Shown here: positions 1 through 13,846 of the stretch, in pieces
Position numbering within the stretch: position 1 is the first letter of the stretch
How the letters are laid out: every line of letters begins with the position of its first letter
Assembly: GCF_964355755.1 (NCBI RefSeq)
Contig: NC_092675.1
Span: 24,772,912 to 24,836,911 of the forward strand
Direction: 5' to 3'
DNA from: Antedon mediterranea
Lineage: Eukaryota > Animalia > Echinodermata
DNA length: 64,000 nt
Notes under the pieces: generated by a model
The model's input: only the letters and a program-made list of their open reading frames with translations
Databases searched by the model: none
Told to the model about the DNA's origin: nothing
Position numbers and translations under genes: made by a program

Positions 1-73
1 TATTACGGAAATATCATCCATATTAATAAACTTATAAACAGAAAAAGAAAAATCGTAATAACTCTAAACTTAA

Positions 74-370
<297 letters not shown>

Positions 371-504
371 TATGCGCCTGGACGATCGAGTTCAACCAAA
401 GTTGTGTCGTATTGTATGTAGCAAGCGTCTTCGTATAACCATTTTAGCCTCATTGAGTGTCAGAAATTTAATATACTCGACAGTGCACCAAAAGAAAACA
501 TTAA

Positions 505-711
505 TATACAGAGCACAGTAACAGCCACTAACATGTGCCGCTAAAGTACGTTACATAAACCTTAAGACCCATTTATAGAGCACAGTAACAGCCACTAACA
601 TGTGCCGCTAAAGTACGTTCCATAAACCTTAAGACCCATTTATACAGAGCACAGTAACAGCCACTAACATGTGCCGCTAAAGTACGTTCCATAAACCTTA
701 AGACCCATTTA
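505..711. repeat. Tandem repeat, about 67-69 bp x3
   Basis: agagcacagtaacagccactaacatgtgccgctaaagtacgtt(a/c)cataaaccttaagacccattta starts at 510, 577 and 646. Confidence 0.95.
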
Positions 712-1059
712 CACTAGGAAGATAACATACATAATTATTTCATACTTAAAACGAAATAAAAAGAAATCTAACATGTTTTCGTCTCATAGGATAACCATCA
801 ATGCTTCCTTTGATGAAAATGATATTTTCACACGTCCAATCATGATTGATAAAAGCAATAATATCGTGACAACAATACAACGATTTTATTGTTTTTACAA
901 AATTATGTAATTTGATTGGGTTTAAAACAAAGACAGCATAAATGATTATCCTATAGTCCTAAAAGGAAAACATTTCTAATTTCTTTTGTTCGAAATGTAA
1001 GAAATATGCATGCTTATCTATGTATCGCCGATCGTTATCGTCCAAGTGTAAATGGGCCT
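701..1059. mobile_element. PIF/Harbinger-like MITE
   Basis: TIRs agacccatttacactagga / tccaagtgtaaatgggcct, TTA on both sides, quasi-palindromic interior. A decayed half-copy lies at about 24480-24635. Confidence 0.8.
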
Positions 1060-4001
1060 TTACAGTATCCAACAGTACCTTCGGTAATTTATGAGTATTT
1101 CTGTTGCGTCGTACGCTGAAGTAGATTTGAGTCGATTTAAAATCTAAAACTAAAACATAATATATGTACGTGTCTTGTAGTTTTATAGGATTTCAAGCAA
1201 CGTATTTATGGCTTCGTGCAATTTCAGTAGGTTTCAGAACCCGTCTGTTCCGTTGATGTACATAGCGCACTAAATATCGCTTTTTTTTCAACATGTCAAA
1301 TTACTTCTATACCTGTGTCATTACAGAGCCTCTAGACACATGATATAAATGTATTGGTGCGTGCACTGGTTCAAGATTGTATTTACATCTATGCTGTATA
1401 AAATGTACGGTAATACATTGTGACAATGAAATGATGATGAAGTTCACTAAAATGGTAATTTTAGTGAACTTTGTACAAATTGTATAATTTTAAAGGGCAG
1501 AAATAATATATTTATGGTGTGGTGGAGAATATTAAACACTAAATACCAAAATATGTTGAAGTTTAGGCCCGTTAAATGTTACAATCTGATGTGTTAGAAT
1601 GAAATAGATGAACAATTGAAAAATGATGAAATGAAAGTAAACTGGTTGGTACTTCATTGAATGACCATTATGCCATAGTTACAAATAATCTATCATTGTA
1701 TATTACAGTTCTGTACTTCCAAATGATGTACCGTAATAGTTTAGTTTGTATGTATGTGGATAGTTTAGGAAAATTCTAGTTTAACCAAAGTAAAGTTAGG
1801 CCTGTATACATGATATATTATATTTTCATTGTCTGATGAACATTGTTGGCATTGTATCAGTGTGAATATATAAACAAATGATGTGCTACTTTATTTTTCT
1901 TCTTTGTATTTTATGTATATAGTATTTTATCAAATTCATGGAATTGGAAACCTATTTTTATACATAGGCCTACTTAAATTAATATACTTACCAGACAAAG
2001 TCACTTATCGGTTGTAAGTAAGTAAAAAGATAAAACTAGACCGTCGAGGACTAAAGCGTGGGAGCGGCTAAGACAATACGAAGGTAGCAATTATTGGTTA
2101 GTTACAACTACAGGCTATAATAGTTAATTAAGAATTAGTCATTCCTAATTCTGTTGAACAGAATTATTTTACTCCCAATAAGAGTTTAGTGAAAAATCAA
2201 AATAATAATTCACAATACAAAAATGTTTCCCATTGAATATCAATGTTATTTTATTTTTCATTGGGATCATGGACAATTAAATGTGATGTAATATTTAGTT
2301 GTACCATTCATGCATGAATATGTATTACAAATATCACAGATGTATGTCAATTATGTCATAATGGTAACACGTTAAGATCTGCAAAATATATAAATGTATA
2401 TTGTTAGTATGAAAAACATAATTTATAGGCATAGTGTACAGTAAATAAATATAATAATATTATAATTTTATTATCATCGTAAATATACTATACGTAGATC
2501 GCAGTTAGAAAAGAGTAATCTGAATACAACAAAACGAACAAATATTTAAAATGAAATAAAATATGCTAATGTATTAATGAAACCTTATAATGAGTTACTT
2601 ATAACAGCGTATCATAGACTAGGCTCAAACCAGCGATAGGCCACGAACTACAAAAGTGTGACTGTGTCAGATAAATGTATAGGATATACTATCAAATATT
2701 TCTTTGGTATAAAATACGTATACAATTATAGCAGCATCATATTTGGTAAAAAGTATGACAAAATCAGACATTCTATATTGAAGTGACTGAAAAAAAAATA
2801 AAGATTAATATTACATTTTACAATTGGACTTGTTTTATTTGTTCCAATCATATAAAATTGTGTCCATGTTCCAATGGAGCCATAAACCATAATCAATTCA
2901 CAGTAGGTAGAGGTGCTTCAGGTGATTATATTTTTCAAAAAATATTTTGGGAAATATTTCAATGGATTTTTGTCTAGGCCTTGAAACAACCAATGCAGGG
3001 GTAACTGTGCAAGCTCTGCTAGAGCCATGAGCCACAAACAGAGCTATTTTTAATCAATGTTGTGGTCAACTATCTCTCCTCTAATTCTGCCTTGATTAGT
3101 GTTGAGAAAGAGTTGCCTTTCAAATCGATTGATCAGTCACAATTGTCTCCAAAATATCGATTTCCATGTTAAGGTTAGAACCTACCCTCTACATTCTTTT
3201 GTATCAAAAACATTAAAGGGGATTGTGAGAGTCAAGGTGTGTGCAAGTTAACAATACACTGTAGTTTTAAGGAATCATGATTGTTTCCTGGGGAAAGTCT
3301 TTCATGTTGCAGCCAAATTTTTCGGATTGATTGCTATTTGAAGAATATAGCCCTATCTTTTCCAATATGTGTGACTTGATCATGGAAAATTTCCACATCA
3401 TCATTCATTTTTTTAAACTGAAACAAGTGTACTTAGTTATAATTGCTTTTGTTTGCAATTGTGTATCTTAGTATGAAGAACTTTTCCACTTCTACAAATA
3501 CTTGATCCTTTTGGTGATTAAGGATTAAAAATTGAAGATGAAAAAATTAATTACAATTTTACTGTGACTTCAAAGTTTGTTTTTGTCAATCAATATCATT
3601 ATACTTTGTACAATTATTACTTGTTGAATAATTCAAAGTCGGTAATCTAAGGTCTACCCTTGGAGTCACTGCTCGCAACTTAAGCACTAGATAACTCAGT
3701 AGGCCTAGGTATAAAAACTGCACAGCTATACATGAGGAAATGACGAAGGTCGACCACAGATCAGTAAGCCCGTTAACGATCAAAGAATGTTAACAGGAAA
3801 AATGTATTTTAATGTATAAGAAGTTAGGAAAAACATTTTTACATAAACTCAGCTGAAGTAACACTTCAATGTTTACTGGCATCCAAAATGTACCACATGT
3901 GAAAACATACAAACTACGGTAATTCAAATAAATGAAATAATAAAATATTGTTCAAAACAAACATGGTTTTAGTCTAACTAAAACCTTCCAATAAATGCTG
4001 T

Positions 4002-4824
4002 TCAATCATCATATTCATACATATAAGGGCATTGAGTGTCACAGTATAACCAATTCCTTATAAATTGATCTTTTGTACTTGGTGTCGGACTTTCTAACAT
4101 TTCCAAGAAATGGGATGATGTTTCCTGCATATCTGTATCTGGATTTTCGACATGTATATTATCTGCTTTTGAGGATGTATCAGGCTGTATTTCTTTATTG
4201 GATGTGAAATTTTCTAAACAAATCGCTGATTCAGCCTTACTGTCAATATTTTCATTCTTCTTGGAATATAATTTACAAGGATTAGCATTTAGTTCGGGCA
4301 AATTTGAAATTTGATTTTGTTTAATCTTAGTCTCGGATAGCTTATTTAACACGTTCCTGTTACGATGAGTATGTCTCATAAGATTATCATGTGATTTCAA
4401 ATTCCATGGTGACTTTGCATTTGAAATGTTATAGTTTCTATGTATCGTTTTAATTTCAGGCAGTCTATTCAGTTTTCCCTTTTCTAAAGTATGTAAGTTA
4501 AGGCCTCCTCTCTTGACAATATCATGTTCCTGTAATGATTGAAGTGCCATTGTATAAGTCTGCTATAAAATAACGTACTTTTATGAAACTTGTCAATCAC
4601 AAAGTTTGGCTGCCAAAATTCAGAAAATAATTTCAGCTCCATAGTAATAAAGCAGATCGATTGGTAGTATTGGTCCTGTAGTACTCTTCATATTTTATTC
4701 GCAGATTGAAAGTGGATTCAATTGACCTACCATAAAGATGAATTTACATGGTATTATTAAATACATTATATTATTAAAACAATAATAAAAAAGATAAAAG
4801 TCTATCATATCATCAAAATATAAA

Positions 4825-4886
<62 letters not shown>

Positions 4887-5029
4887 TTAATAGGCCTAAT
4901 CCTTCTGATCCTTTGTCTGCTTTTCAATTATATTATAAATACAGCACTAAACCCAAGTGCCCGAAAAACAATTAATCAAGTATATTTCAAAAGATAACTT
5001 ACAAAAAAAAAGAGTTTTCTAATTGCCAT
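4002..5029 (-). CDS. Uncharacterised two-exon protein (about 194 aa)
   Basis: Exon 5029-5003 (MAIRKLFFF) with GTAAGT donor splices in frame at a TAG-CAG acceptor (4562/4559) into the 182-aa ORF ending FIRNWLYCDTQCPYMYEYDD*. No family recognised. Confidence 0.55.
4827..4882. repeat. (TA)n microsatellite
   Basis: Direct reading; a second (TA)n lies at about 8088-8120. Confidence 0.95.
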
Positions 5030-6289
5030 GCTGTCTGTATTAATTAGTGCCCATCACTGGTATCCTCTGTATCTTTTTGTTGAGTACATCAAACAATGAG
5101 TTGTTATAGAGATAATAGAAAATGGATCAATTCATTTATTGATGAGGGTGCATTCCGATCATGGTAGATCATATGCATGGTCAGAGTACTCAATACAATG
5201 AAATAATGATTACTGTAGTATCAATATTTTCTTTTTCATTCACCTATTTCTCAAATGAAGGCTAATCACATTGTAGATCCATGGTTCGATATGTGTATGT
5301 CAGGCTGTTGGAAGTTTCAGTTTTGTGTAGTTCGAGAGAATGTTATTTACAGCCATTTATTCGATATCACATAGTAAAAATGCATGATTCCAATAAACAA
5401 ATTCACTAATGAATGTTAGACTATAGTAGAAACTGAAACCTATTTTTCACTAGTGGTGTGCTGGTGTATGTACTTTCAACATCAGCATCAGGAAAATGCA
5501 ACACATTCATCTACAAACAACTAAGTCATGAATTTTCCATATAATTATATGATATAAAAAATTTAGTAGTTAGTCATGCCGTACAGATAGCTACTGCATC
5601 AGTACTTCTATGAATGGATGACTAGTTGGTGATAAGTACGCTAGTTGGTCATACCCAGTACCGTTTTGATTTTACGATCAATCGGGAAACCACCTCACGA
5701 TAGTAAAATAGAAACCGTCAAAGATCTCAATTATCTAATAGCAGAGAATTTGTGAGATAAAGAATTGGGAGTTTAGTAACATTTTAAAGATTATCCATCT
5801 TACTTCTGCATACCCTCTCGCAGCATCATGCCGTGAGAGGTTTCAGCTGTATGAAGAGACCATAATAACTGGGAAACATAGTGAAGTGAATGCAGGATAT
5901 TGCAAAAACCTAAATAACAATCTATGGTAATGGAGAAAAATTTTAAATATGGAAACTATTCCTTGCCTACCTCGGCGGGCAAAAGCTACGAGACGTGATC
6001 TTTTCATTTTAATTAATCACTCTGTATGAAGGGCAAATGAAAGCCAAATGTTCACACCAAAGAGTGATCCAGACAGTGCTGAACATCTTTGCCTCTTCTC
6101 ATTTCTTCTACATATTTTCATGGACTTTTGTTTCTTTGACATAGGCCAAATAAAAAAAAACATTCTTAGTAGTAGGCCTAGACTTTATTTAATAGTAAAT
6201 ATAGGCTTATTCTAAACACAAATCTCACAAAACCTTCTTTGGTTTTACACGTTCGATTCACACGTGTTTGAACGTATGTCAGGGAGAGA

Positions 6290-6635
6290 GCAGTGTGCCA
6301 GCGATCAAAATAAAAGTATGCTAGGTGGCAGCACAAAATTATGTAGATTATGCCAAAGACTATCTTTTATTATGCCAGACACAATTAATGTAACACAATG
6401 TATTAGAGGGCGGTGTGTATGTTTTATGTATCATAAAGGTGGAAAGAAAAAAATAAGGTCTTCAGGTTTTCGGCCAAATTATGCTAGATTGTGTGTAAAT
6501 TATGCCAGATTTTTTCGAAAAAATGCCAGATAATATACTAATCCGTGGTGAATATGCTGTAGAATTGTGTTTTCCAAAAAAAATGCTAGATGCCAGATGG
6601 GTCAAACTATTATGCCAAATACCATAATTATGCCA
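6290..6635. mobile_element. Degenerate MITE-like element with repeated attatgc(c/t)a motifs
   Basis: About 8 copies of (a)attatgcYa(g) in 350 bp; ends unclear. Confidence 0.35.
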
Positions 6636-8084
6636 CGGGAGAGTAGGCGTGAATCGCGATAAAAAGACACTCACAAGACAATCAGAGAGTATGAATAAAT
6701 AAAACTACCGTACCGGGAAGAGGGGAAGGCTCATATTTTTGGGTGTTTTTTGTTGGCCAGAAACTAAAAGAATTTCGAAATCAAATGAAAAGTGGCTCAA
6801 GTAAAAATAGTATGGGAAAGAAAGATTTTGACTAATTTCTGTGCTGTTGTGAACAACTGTCCTCGGATTTGACAAGATTTTGTAACCATAGAAATCTAGG
6901 GCAATCAGATGCATAATTATAAATAGGCATTTATTCATTTACAAACAAAGACACATTTTAACTGTTGTGCAGTGCAAATAAGCCTGATTAGCTTATAGCC
7001 TATTGTGAAATATATCTTATTCTCTTTAGCGATTGGCCTACTGCAGTTACTATTGTAGTGGTTGACATCCTTTTGTATCAGAATTTTAATTGTAAAGAAA
7101 TTAAAAGCAATTTTAATTTTGCTACAATTTTGCTTAGGCCTATAAGTACTTAATACGCAAAACACTAAATTTATGGTTTTCGGAACTTCTCGTATCCGGT
7201 TTCCCCAGTTAAACATTTACGAAATAATAAATATAGCCTATGATTGCAAATTACTTTACATGTTGAACCATGGTTTATTTTTTCCATAGGATGATTTGTA
7301 TTAAAAAATATTAGGCCTACTTATTTTTGTTAATGTAATCTGTCATTTATAGTAACATCAAGGTTACTTCGGGAAAAGTATATGAATTATGGTCATGTTT
7401 TAATTATAAGAATTAAACTGAAACAGTATGTCATAAACAAACAGGAAATTGACAAAAGTCACGTAGCTTTATTTAATGTTTGTTAAACACTCATTACACT
7501 ATTACCGGGCCTATTGTTTAGTGTTAAACTGACATCGTTTGCGGTCAATTTCCAGATAAAGCTAGACGTGCAAAACAGTTTCCTTTGTCAATAATGACGC
7601 AATGTATAAAAACGCACTAAAATGATGACATGTAGAAAGCACCGGTGTAGAAAGAATTTAACTATTGTGTATACGGGTCATCATATCAAAATAAGGAGTT
7701 ATGTACTATGCTTTTGAGTGACAATACATCTTTAACCTTTCTGTATAATATATTTATATGTTTGTGTGAGAATACCTGTATGTTGTCCCTCTGAAAAATG
7801 ATACACATAATAATTATAAATTTTGACCAAAATTTTGATCGGAAAAAATTATTTACCTGAAAAACTGTCATTTAGAGCAAAACAATAGTCAGTCAGACGA
7901 TTAGTTTTTGTTTCACTTTAAAGGAAGTGAAGTCTGATCTTAATTTTCATTTTTTATGTTTTTTAGGGACAAGATAACATGGTATAGACAATTTTATTGA
8001 ACAATCTATTTTGTATCAGAGGCACACGTTTAATGTAAACACACACAACAAAATAGAAATTCATTTTCATTCATCTTTTTATAG

Positions 8085-8124
<40 letters not shown>

Positions 8125-8954
8125 GGAGCGAATTATACAATAAAATAATCTCCAGACAGTACTGTATATAAAATACTTTTATGATGACGTGTGTAGGTCT
8201 ATATCTTAAACTCTTTCCCTAATTACTTTTAAACGTTGTAATTAACCATTTTGAAAAGCAGTACTATACGTTACTGGAAATGTAATTTAGTCAAAAGAAA
8301 GAATAAATAAATATTTTAATAATCAATAAGCAGAAAGTAGTAAAACAAAACACAATCCGTTCATAAATCCAGTGTTCCGGTTCATCTCGTACGTGACTGT
8401 GAAATGAAAATTCCCCAATTTATCATGTAACTGACAATGTTTGTTATGTTATTTAGTGTAATAATGGAATCCCATTGAGATGAGATAGGACACCCTCATG
8501 CTTAATATTAATATAAATATAAATAAATAGATTATCTTATTCGTTTATCTCTATTCGCAATACCATTGTCGTTTATCAAATAATAATATTCATATCAATG
8601 ACAGATTATTATTCTAAACTATATCAAGCAACCAGCATTTATACATGTTGACAATCGTGTGTTTGGTTATACTGTCATTTAAAATAAAGAGCGCAGACAC
8701 ACAGATAAACATCGATATTGAGCAACAACTTCGTGACAACCGGGTTGTTTAATGACATTGAATTTTAGTATTTATTTTGGTGATTCAGATTCACATTTTC
8801 AAATACTTATTAACTTTATATTAAGATAAGGTAAGGTAATGACGAAATAAGTTGATAAAAGCCTCTGCTTGGTCAAAGTGCTATTATTTAGAAAGCATTG
8901 TTCAACAACAGAAGACAATTTTTTGTTCATTCTATTAAAATTTAGTAACTTGCA

Positions 8955-11552
8955 ATGGAGCCAGGTAATTATTGAATTTTCGTATAGTAATTATTGTATT
9001 TTGATATAGTAAGTATTGTATTTTTGTCTGAATTCTTCACTTTTGTCGGCTGTCAGAGCCCTAATTTGTCTATTGATGTCAAACTGCTTAACTGATACTG
9101 GAAATAAATACGTGTAGGCCTACATTCGATACGTAAACTTCCTTACCAAAAAAAATCAGGCTATATAGCTATTTTGTAAAAAATCATTAGGCGCGCCTTT
9201 ATAGAGTACACAAATTAGGGATGAATATTTTGACTATTGAGTAGGCATTGATGGAATATTGCTATACGTCAACCGTTTGATTATTCATTGAGTTCCTACA
9301 AGACAAACTTGACCATATTTAATTTCAGCATCAGCATTTTTTGTTCATTAGTTGGCGTCTTTCTATACCTTTAAAAGGAGAGCAACGCAGATCCGATATT
9401 ACAGAAAATGGCTTGCTTGGTCGTGTATTCTCGACATCTAAATAAATATTTTATTATTAATACATATAGACATGAATCAAAATACTGAAGTGGACTTGTA
9501 CAAGGTCAAGCCGGATGATGTTGATGGTCTAACACCAAAATTCCGAACGTAAGAATTTGGTTATATAAAACAAATTTTTATATTTTGTCTTAGTCAATTA
9601 GATCTTTTGAATATGTTTATTATTATGATCGTAATTTTCTAGGAATGTATTAAAATAGTTCTAATTTATAACAATACTGTTAAAATAATTGTATTTCTTC
9701 ATTTCATGAAAGCAGTATGGCTCTTGAAAACCAAACAAAGAAGCAGAAAAAATGGATCGAAAAAATTCAGACGAACCCCTGGAAATTTGAATATAATATG
9801 GAGAAAAAAGGACGAGCATTTATCTTCAACAACATAATATTTGACATGGAAGCAACCGGAATGCGAGATCGAAATGGCGCAGACAATGATGCTGACGGTC
9901 TATTTGATGCCTTCAGGAAAATTAACTTTAAAGTCAGTACCCATCTCAATTGTACTGTGGCAACAACTACTCACATCCTAGAACAAGGTTTGTATGCATC
10001 CATTTGTTGATTTATGTTATTGTATAGGTTATATTTACTTCTTCTTACTCTAACTTCTTCTTACTAATTTCAAGCTCTGGATAATTACTAACTATTTCAT
10101 TATTAATATTTTTTATTTAATATATTTAAGTTATTTGTTTATAATTTGTATATGTATCTATTAGATATATGTATTAAATTGACTGTTATTGTAGTGTACA
10201 CACAATCATTGTATAATTAATGTTAACCACCACATCCTCTCGGACGATTATACTTTTCCTCACATACCCCAGCACACGTCACCCTTACACAGCTAATGCT
10301 ATTGAATAACGTTAAAGGCTCTTGTAATACGTGGTAGGCATAGGTGTCTCCATTTAAGTCTAGTATTCTATGTTGGCATTCACACACATTTTAGATTGAA
10401 GTTGATTTGATTAAATATTTCAATGAAGTATATATAAATATTTATTTCCATTAGGTAGTATTCATTTTAGGTTAGATAAAAAACAAATTAAAATGTGTTT
10501 CCCTTAGTCAAGTGTACGTCCAACTGGTGGTGTCACAGTGATGTGCAGAGTCTTGATATACAGTAATTGTATAGACCTACATTATTGTTAATGATAATAT
10601 AGTAACTTATTATCGTTTTATTTTATTTAGCTGCTCGAGTTGATTATTCACAATTCTCCTGTTTGGTTATTGTATTTATGAGTCATGGTGATGACGGCGT
10701 TCTCTACGCTACTGACGGCCATTTACCTATTGGAAATTTGACAGCTCCATTTAAGGGCAACGCATGTCCATCTCTTGTGGGGAAACCTAAACTGTTTTTT
10801 ATACAGGTACTATTTTATCATTATGGTCAATCAATCAATTTATTTGGAAATTGCACCTTTACATCAGTGGCACACACAGGAAGTGGTGCATCCATATTGA
10901 ACACAATTAACATAAAATGACGGATACGGATACTCCCGCGGATACTTAAGCTAATTTAAATTAAAATTAGTACTATATACTGTGGCAATAGTTGTCTGTC
11001 TATATAATAGTCAATGCAGTAGGCCTAATTAAAACAATTTGTCCATTGGTCTTATAATAAGTACATTGAGTAAATAAGTAATATTCTTTAATATAGGCTT
11101 GTCGAGGACAACGATTTGACGAACCAGTTGAGATTGATGATGCCGAAGATGAGCCAGATTCTAGGCTCCAAGAACCACGGCAGAGAATTCCAGCAGAAGC
11201 TGATGTCCTGCTTGCATACGCCTGCCCACCAAGTAAGTATTATATCAATGTTTCAATATATTATATAACCCATTCAATTCAGTAATGTTTTCTTCATTTT
11301 GTTTTTCTCCACACAGACTATTACTCATTTAGGAGCACGGTGGACGGGGCATGGTTTATTGAAGCACTGGAATTTGTTTTAAAAACATATGTACCAGACG
11401 GACTTGACATTCACCAGATACTCACAAGAGTATCTCACCTTGTTGCCTATGAATACGAATCGAGAACCGACCGTAAAGAAACATCGGGGAAAAAACAAGT
11501 GCCATACATCGTGTCCACGCTTACTAAAACAATGTATTTAAAAAGTTCATAA
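8955..11552 (+). CDS. Effector-type caspase (caspase-3/7-like, short prodomain), 6 coding exons
   Basis: Exons 8955-8964, 9470-9548, 9713-9987, 10631-10806, 11097-11232, 11317-11552 join in frame with GT-AG introns. Motifs: GRAFIFNN, RNGADND, FMSHG, GKPKLFFIQ|ACRG, IPAEADVLLAY, YYSFR, GAWFIEAL, KQVP...STLTK. Confidence 0.93.
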
Positions 11553-12375
11553 AATAGATTATAAGGAATTTATTTGTAAGGCTTAACCGGTCATTTATCA
11601 GAGTTATAATATAACATTATTTATTTTACATTCAATAAGGTTCTTAAAGACATGTTAATTGTGGTTTGAAAGCAATTTGAGATGTTTCATTTGTTTTACA
11701 ATGTAGGCTAGATTTGGGCAAATCAAAAACAAAAGACAATAGACCTACCATAGGGTATATAAAGTAGGCCTATGTCATGTCACTGAGTTACAGTGTTGGT
11801 TTTTAAATGGTGACTTGACATTTTATAAGTATGGTATCTATTAATTTACTTTTTTTTCTCGATTGATTTTAAAGTCAATAATAACTATCTCCACCATACT
11901 ACGATACCAAACGAAGTTCGGAAGAAGCAAGATGTTATGTTCTAAATGTTCTTACCTTAAAATACAATCTAGGCGGTAATTATAAGCTAACATAAATAGA
12001 TTGTTTCTTGACGATAATTATAAACTCTTAGTTGAATATATTTTTTTGGACATTTTGTTAATTAAATGTTAAACATTAAATGTGTACATCTTGTATGTTA
12101 CTTTTTGAAAACCGTTGATTATCGTTTCAAGATAAATAGTATCATCATCAGAATCCTTATGAAATCCCGAAGAAATTGAAACGGGATATTTGGTATAGCC
12201 TGATGATGAAAGTTCATCTAGTTATTGAGGCAGGCAATAGGCAGGCAAGATCTTATTAAATTATCATTAATTATCTATATATTTATTATCCCTTCAAAAC
12301 AAAAATTACAAGTGCAATTTCCCGATACCTAGACGTCTATATTATTATTCTCAAACTGTCTTACCTCAGTTTAAT

Positions 12376-12401
12376 CATGGAGCTATAAAATTAGCTCCAT
12401 G
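12376..12401. mobile_element. 26-bp palindromic insertion with 7-bp TSD (P-element-like footprint)
   Basis: gtttaat|catggagctataaaattagctccatg|gtttaat. Confidence 0.7.
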
Positions 12402-13334
12402 GTTTAATAATAACCCGAAACACAGCAGTTGACTCATTAGGCGCGCCATAGCTGCGACCAGGTGTTGTTGTGTTGTTGTTTTATGCAGCGCATGTGTGAA
12501 TCGCCAGTTCTAATTCCAGGTGGTTTAGAGGATACTGTGTAGTATTTAGCAGATTTCGAACTACTAAAGATCACGCATGTATGTACAGTGTGTTTTATTA
12601 AGCAAAAATAATAGCTAGGCTTAGAGTGTGCCAAGAAGCACGGGTCTAGGCTAGGCTATCGATTGTGTCAGATTCGTGTGGACGATCGGGCTACACTTGA
12701 CTTTAGTCTTTGTTGTGGACGTTTTGGCCCCACTTGAGGATGTTCGGGTCTCTAGGCCTAGCCTAATAAATTTGCAATTTACGAGAAGATTTATTATAAT
12801 TATTAGTGTGAAATTATGTTTGTTAAACTGGCCCTAGGCATTAAACATATTTGCCTATGCCATAGTATGCAATAGGCTCCTGAATCTAGGATTTGAGTGG
12901 GAGAAACGTGTAGGTTTTTCAGTTTTAAAATAAATGTTGTCCCGTCCTGAGCACTCCTGTCATCCACCATATGCAAATGAACATAAATATGCAAATTAGC
13001 TAAACAAATTTTTCACGATATCTCCTAAACGAATAGCCCATTTGTTACAATTTTTTGTGGCAAATCCTATGTTTTTATACCTACTATTACTAAATAATTA
13101 TGATGGACTCATTTAAAGCATTTCCAGTGAAAATCAGGTGAAAACGCAATTTAAGTCATGCGTGAGTGATTTTTGTCCAAAAATTCACTTTTTTTCTTAC
13201 AATTTAGGTTCTAGATAGCAGGGTTTATTTTGGGAGTGGCAATGCTATTTTTACCTACTCTCTCAGCCTATCAATAGTAGAGACTGAGGAATGTAGATCT
13301 TTGGAAAAATTTTACTCAAAAAATACCACTTAAT

Positions 13335-13365
13335 CATGGAGGTATAAAAATAGTATACCTCCATG
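13335..13365. mobile_element. 31-bp palindromic insertion with 7-bp TSD (P-element-like footprint)
   Basis: acttaat|catggaggtataaaaatagtatacctccatg|acttaat. Confidence 0.7.
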
Positions 13366-13846
13366 ACTTAATCATATTAAAAAAAAAAAATATTGTTGTC
13401 AAAAATAAGCTTGAGCCACCTCGGTTATGCAGTCCCTGGAATTATTGATCGCTGGCTTCTTGATAAGATTTAAGATCTGTTTTATACCACGACAATTAAA
13501 TTTAATTTTGCGATTATTTTAAAAGTGAAAGGCTACCCCATGAGAGCTTTCATTAGGATACCTAAAAATAATGTTCTACAATAAAATGAAGAAAGTAGTA
13601 TACAAATATTTATAATTTAACACGCATTCTTTCGTTGTATCAGTGTAACAATACAGTACGTAAAATGCGTGACGTGACAACAAAAGATGCCGTCTAAATG
13701 TGCCCCTGTTTTTCTGAAAATTCGTTTAAGGTTTATCAACTACTTGCTCTATCTATTTGAAATTGCTGAAAATTAAATATTTTAAACTTTGTTTTCTTAC
13801 AGAGTACATACAGTACAATCAGAGAAAGTTTAGAATATCATTGTAT

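Noticed and set aside
5800-5925. H/ACA snoRNA-like hairpin with an AGACCA box
   Set aside because: No convincing second hairpin or pseudouridylation pocket, and no evident host intron.
11748-11774. catagg...cctatg as a fourth P-like footprint
   Set aside because: The flanking 7-mers do not match and the arms pair over only 6 bp.
12141-12215. SECIS element or hammerhead (ATGA..., CTGATGA..GAAA) after the caspase
   Set aside because: No 3' GA quartet partner and no in-frame UGA in the caspase; CTGATGA is followed directly by TGAAA with no helix II.
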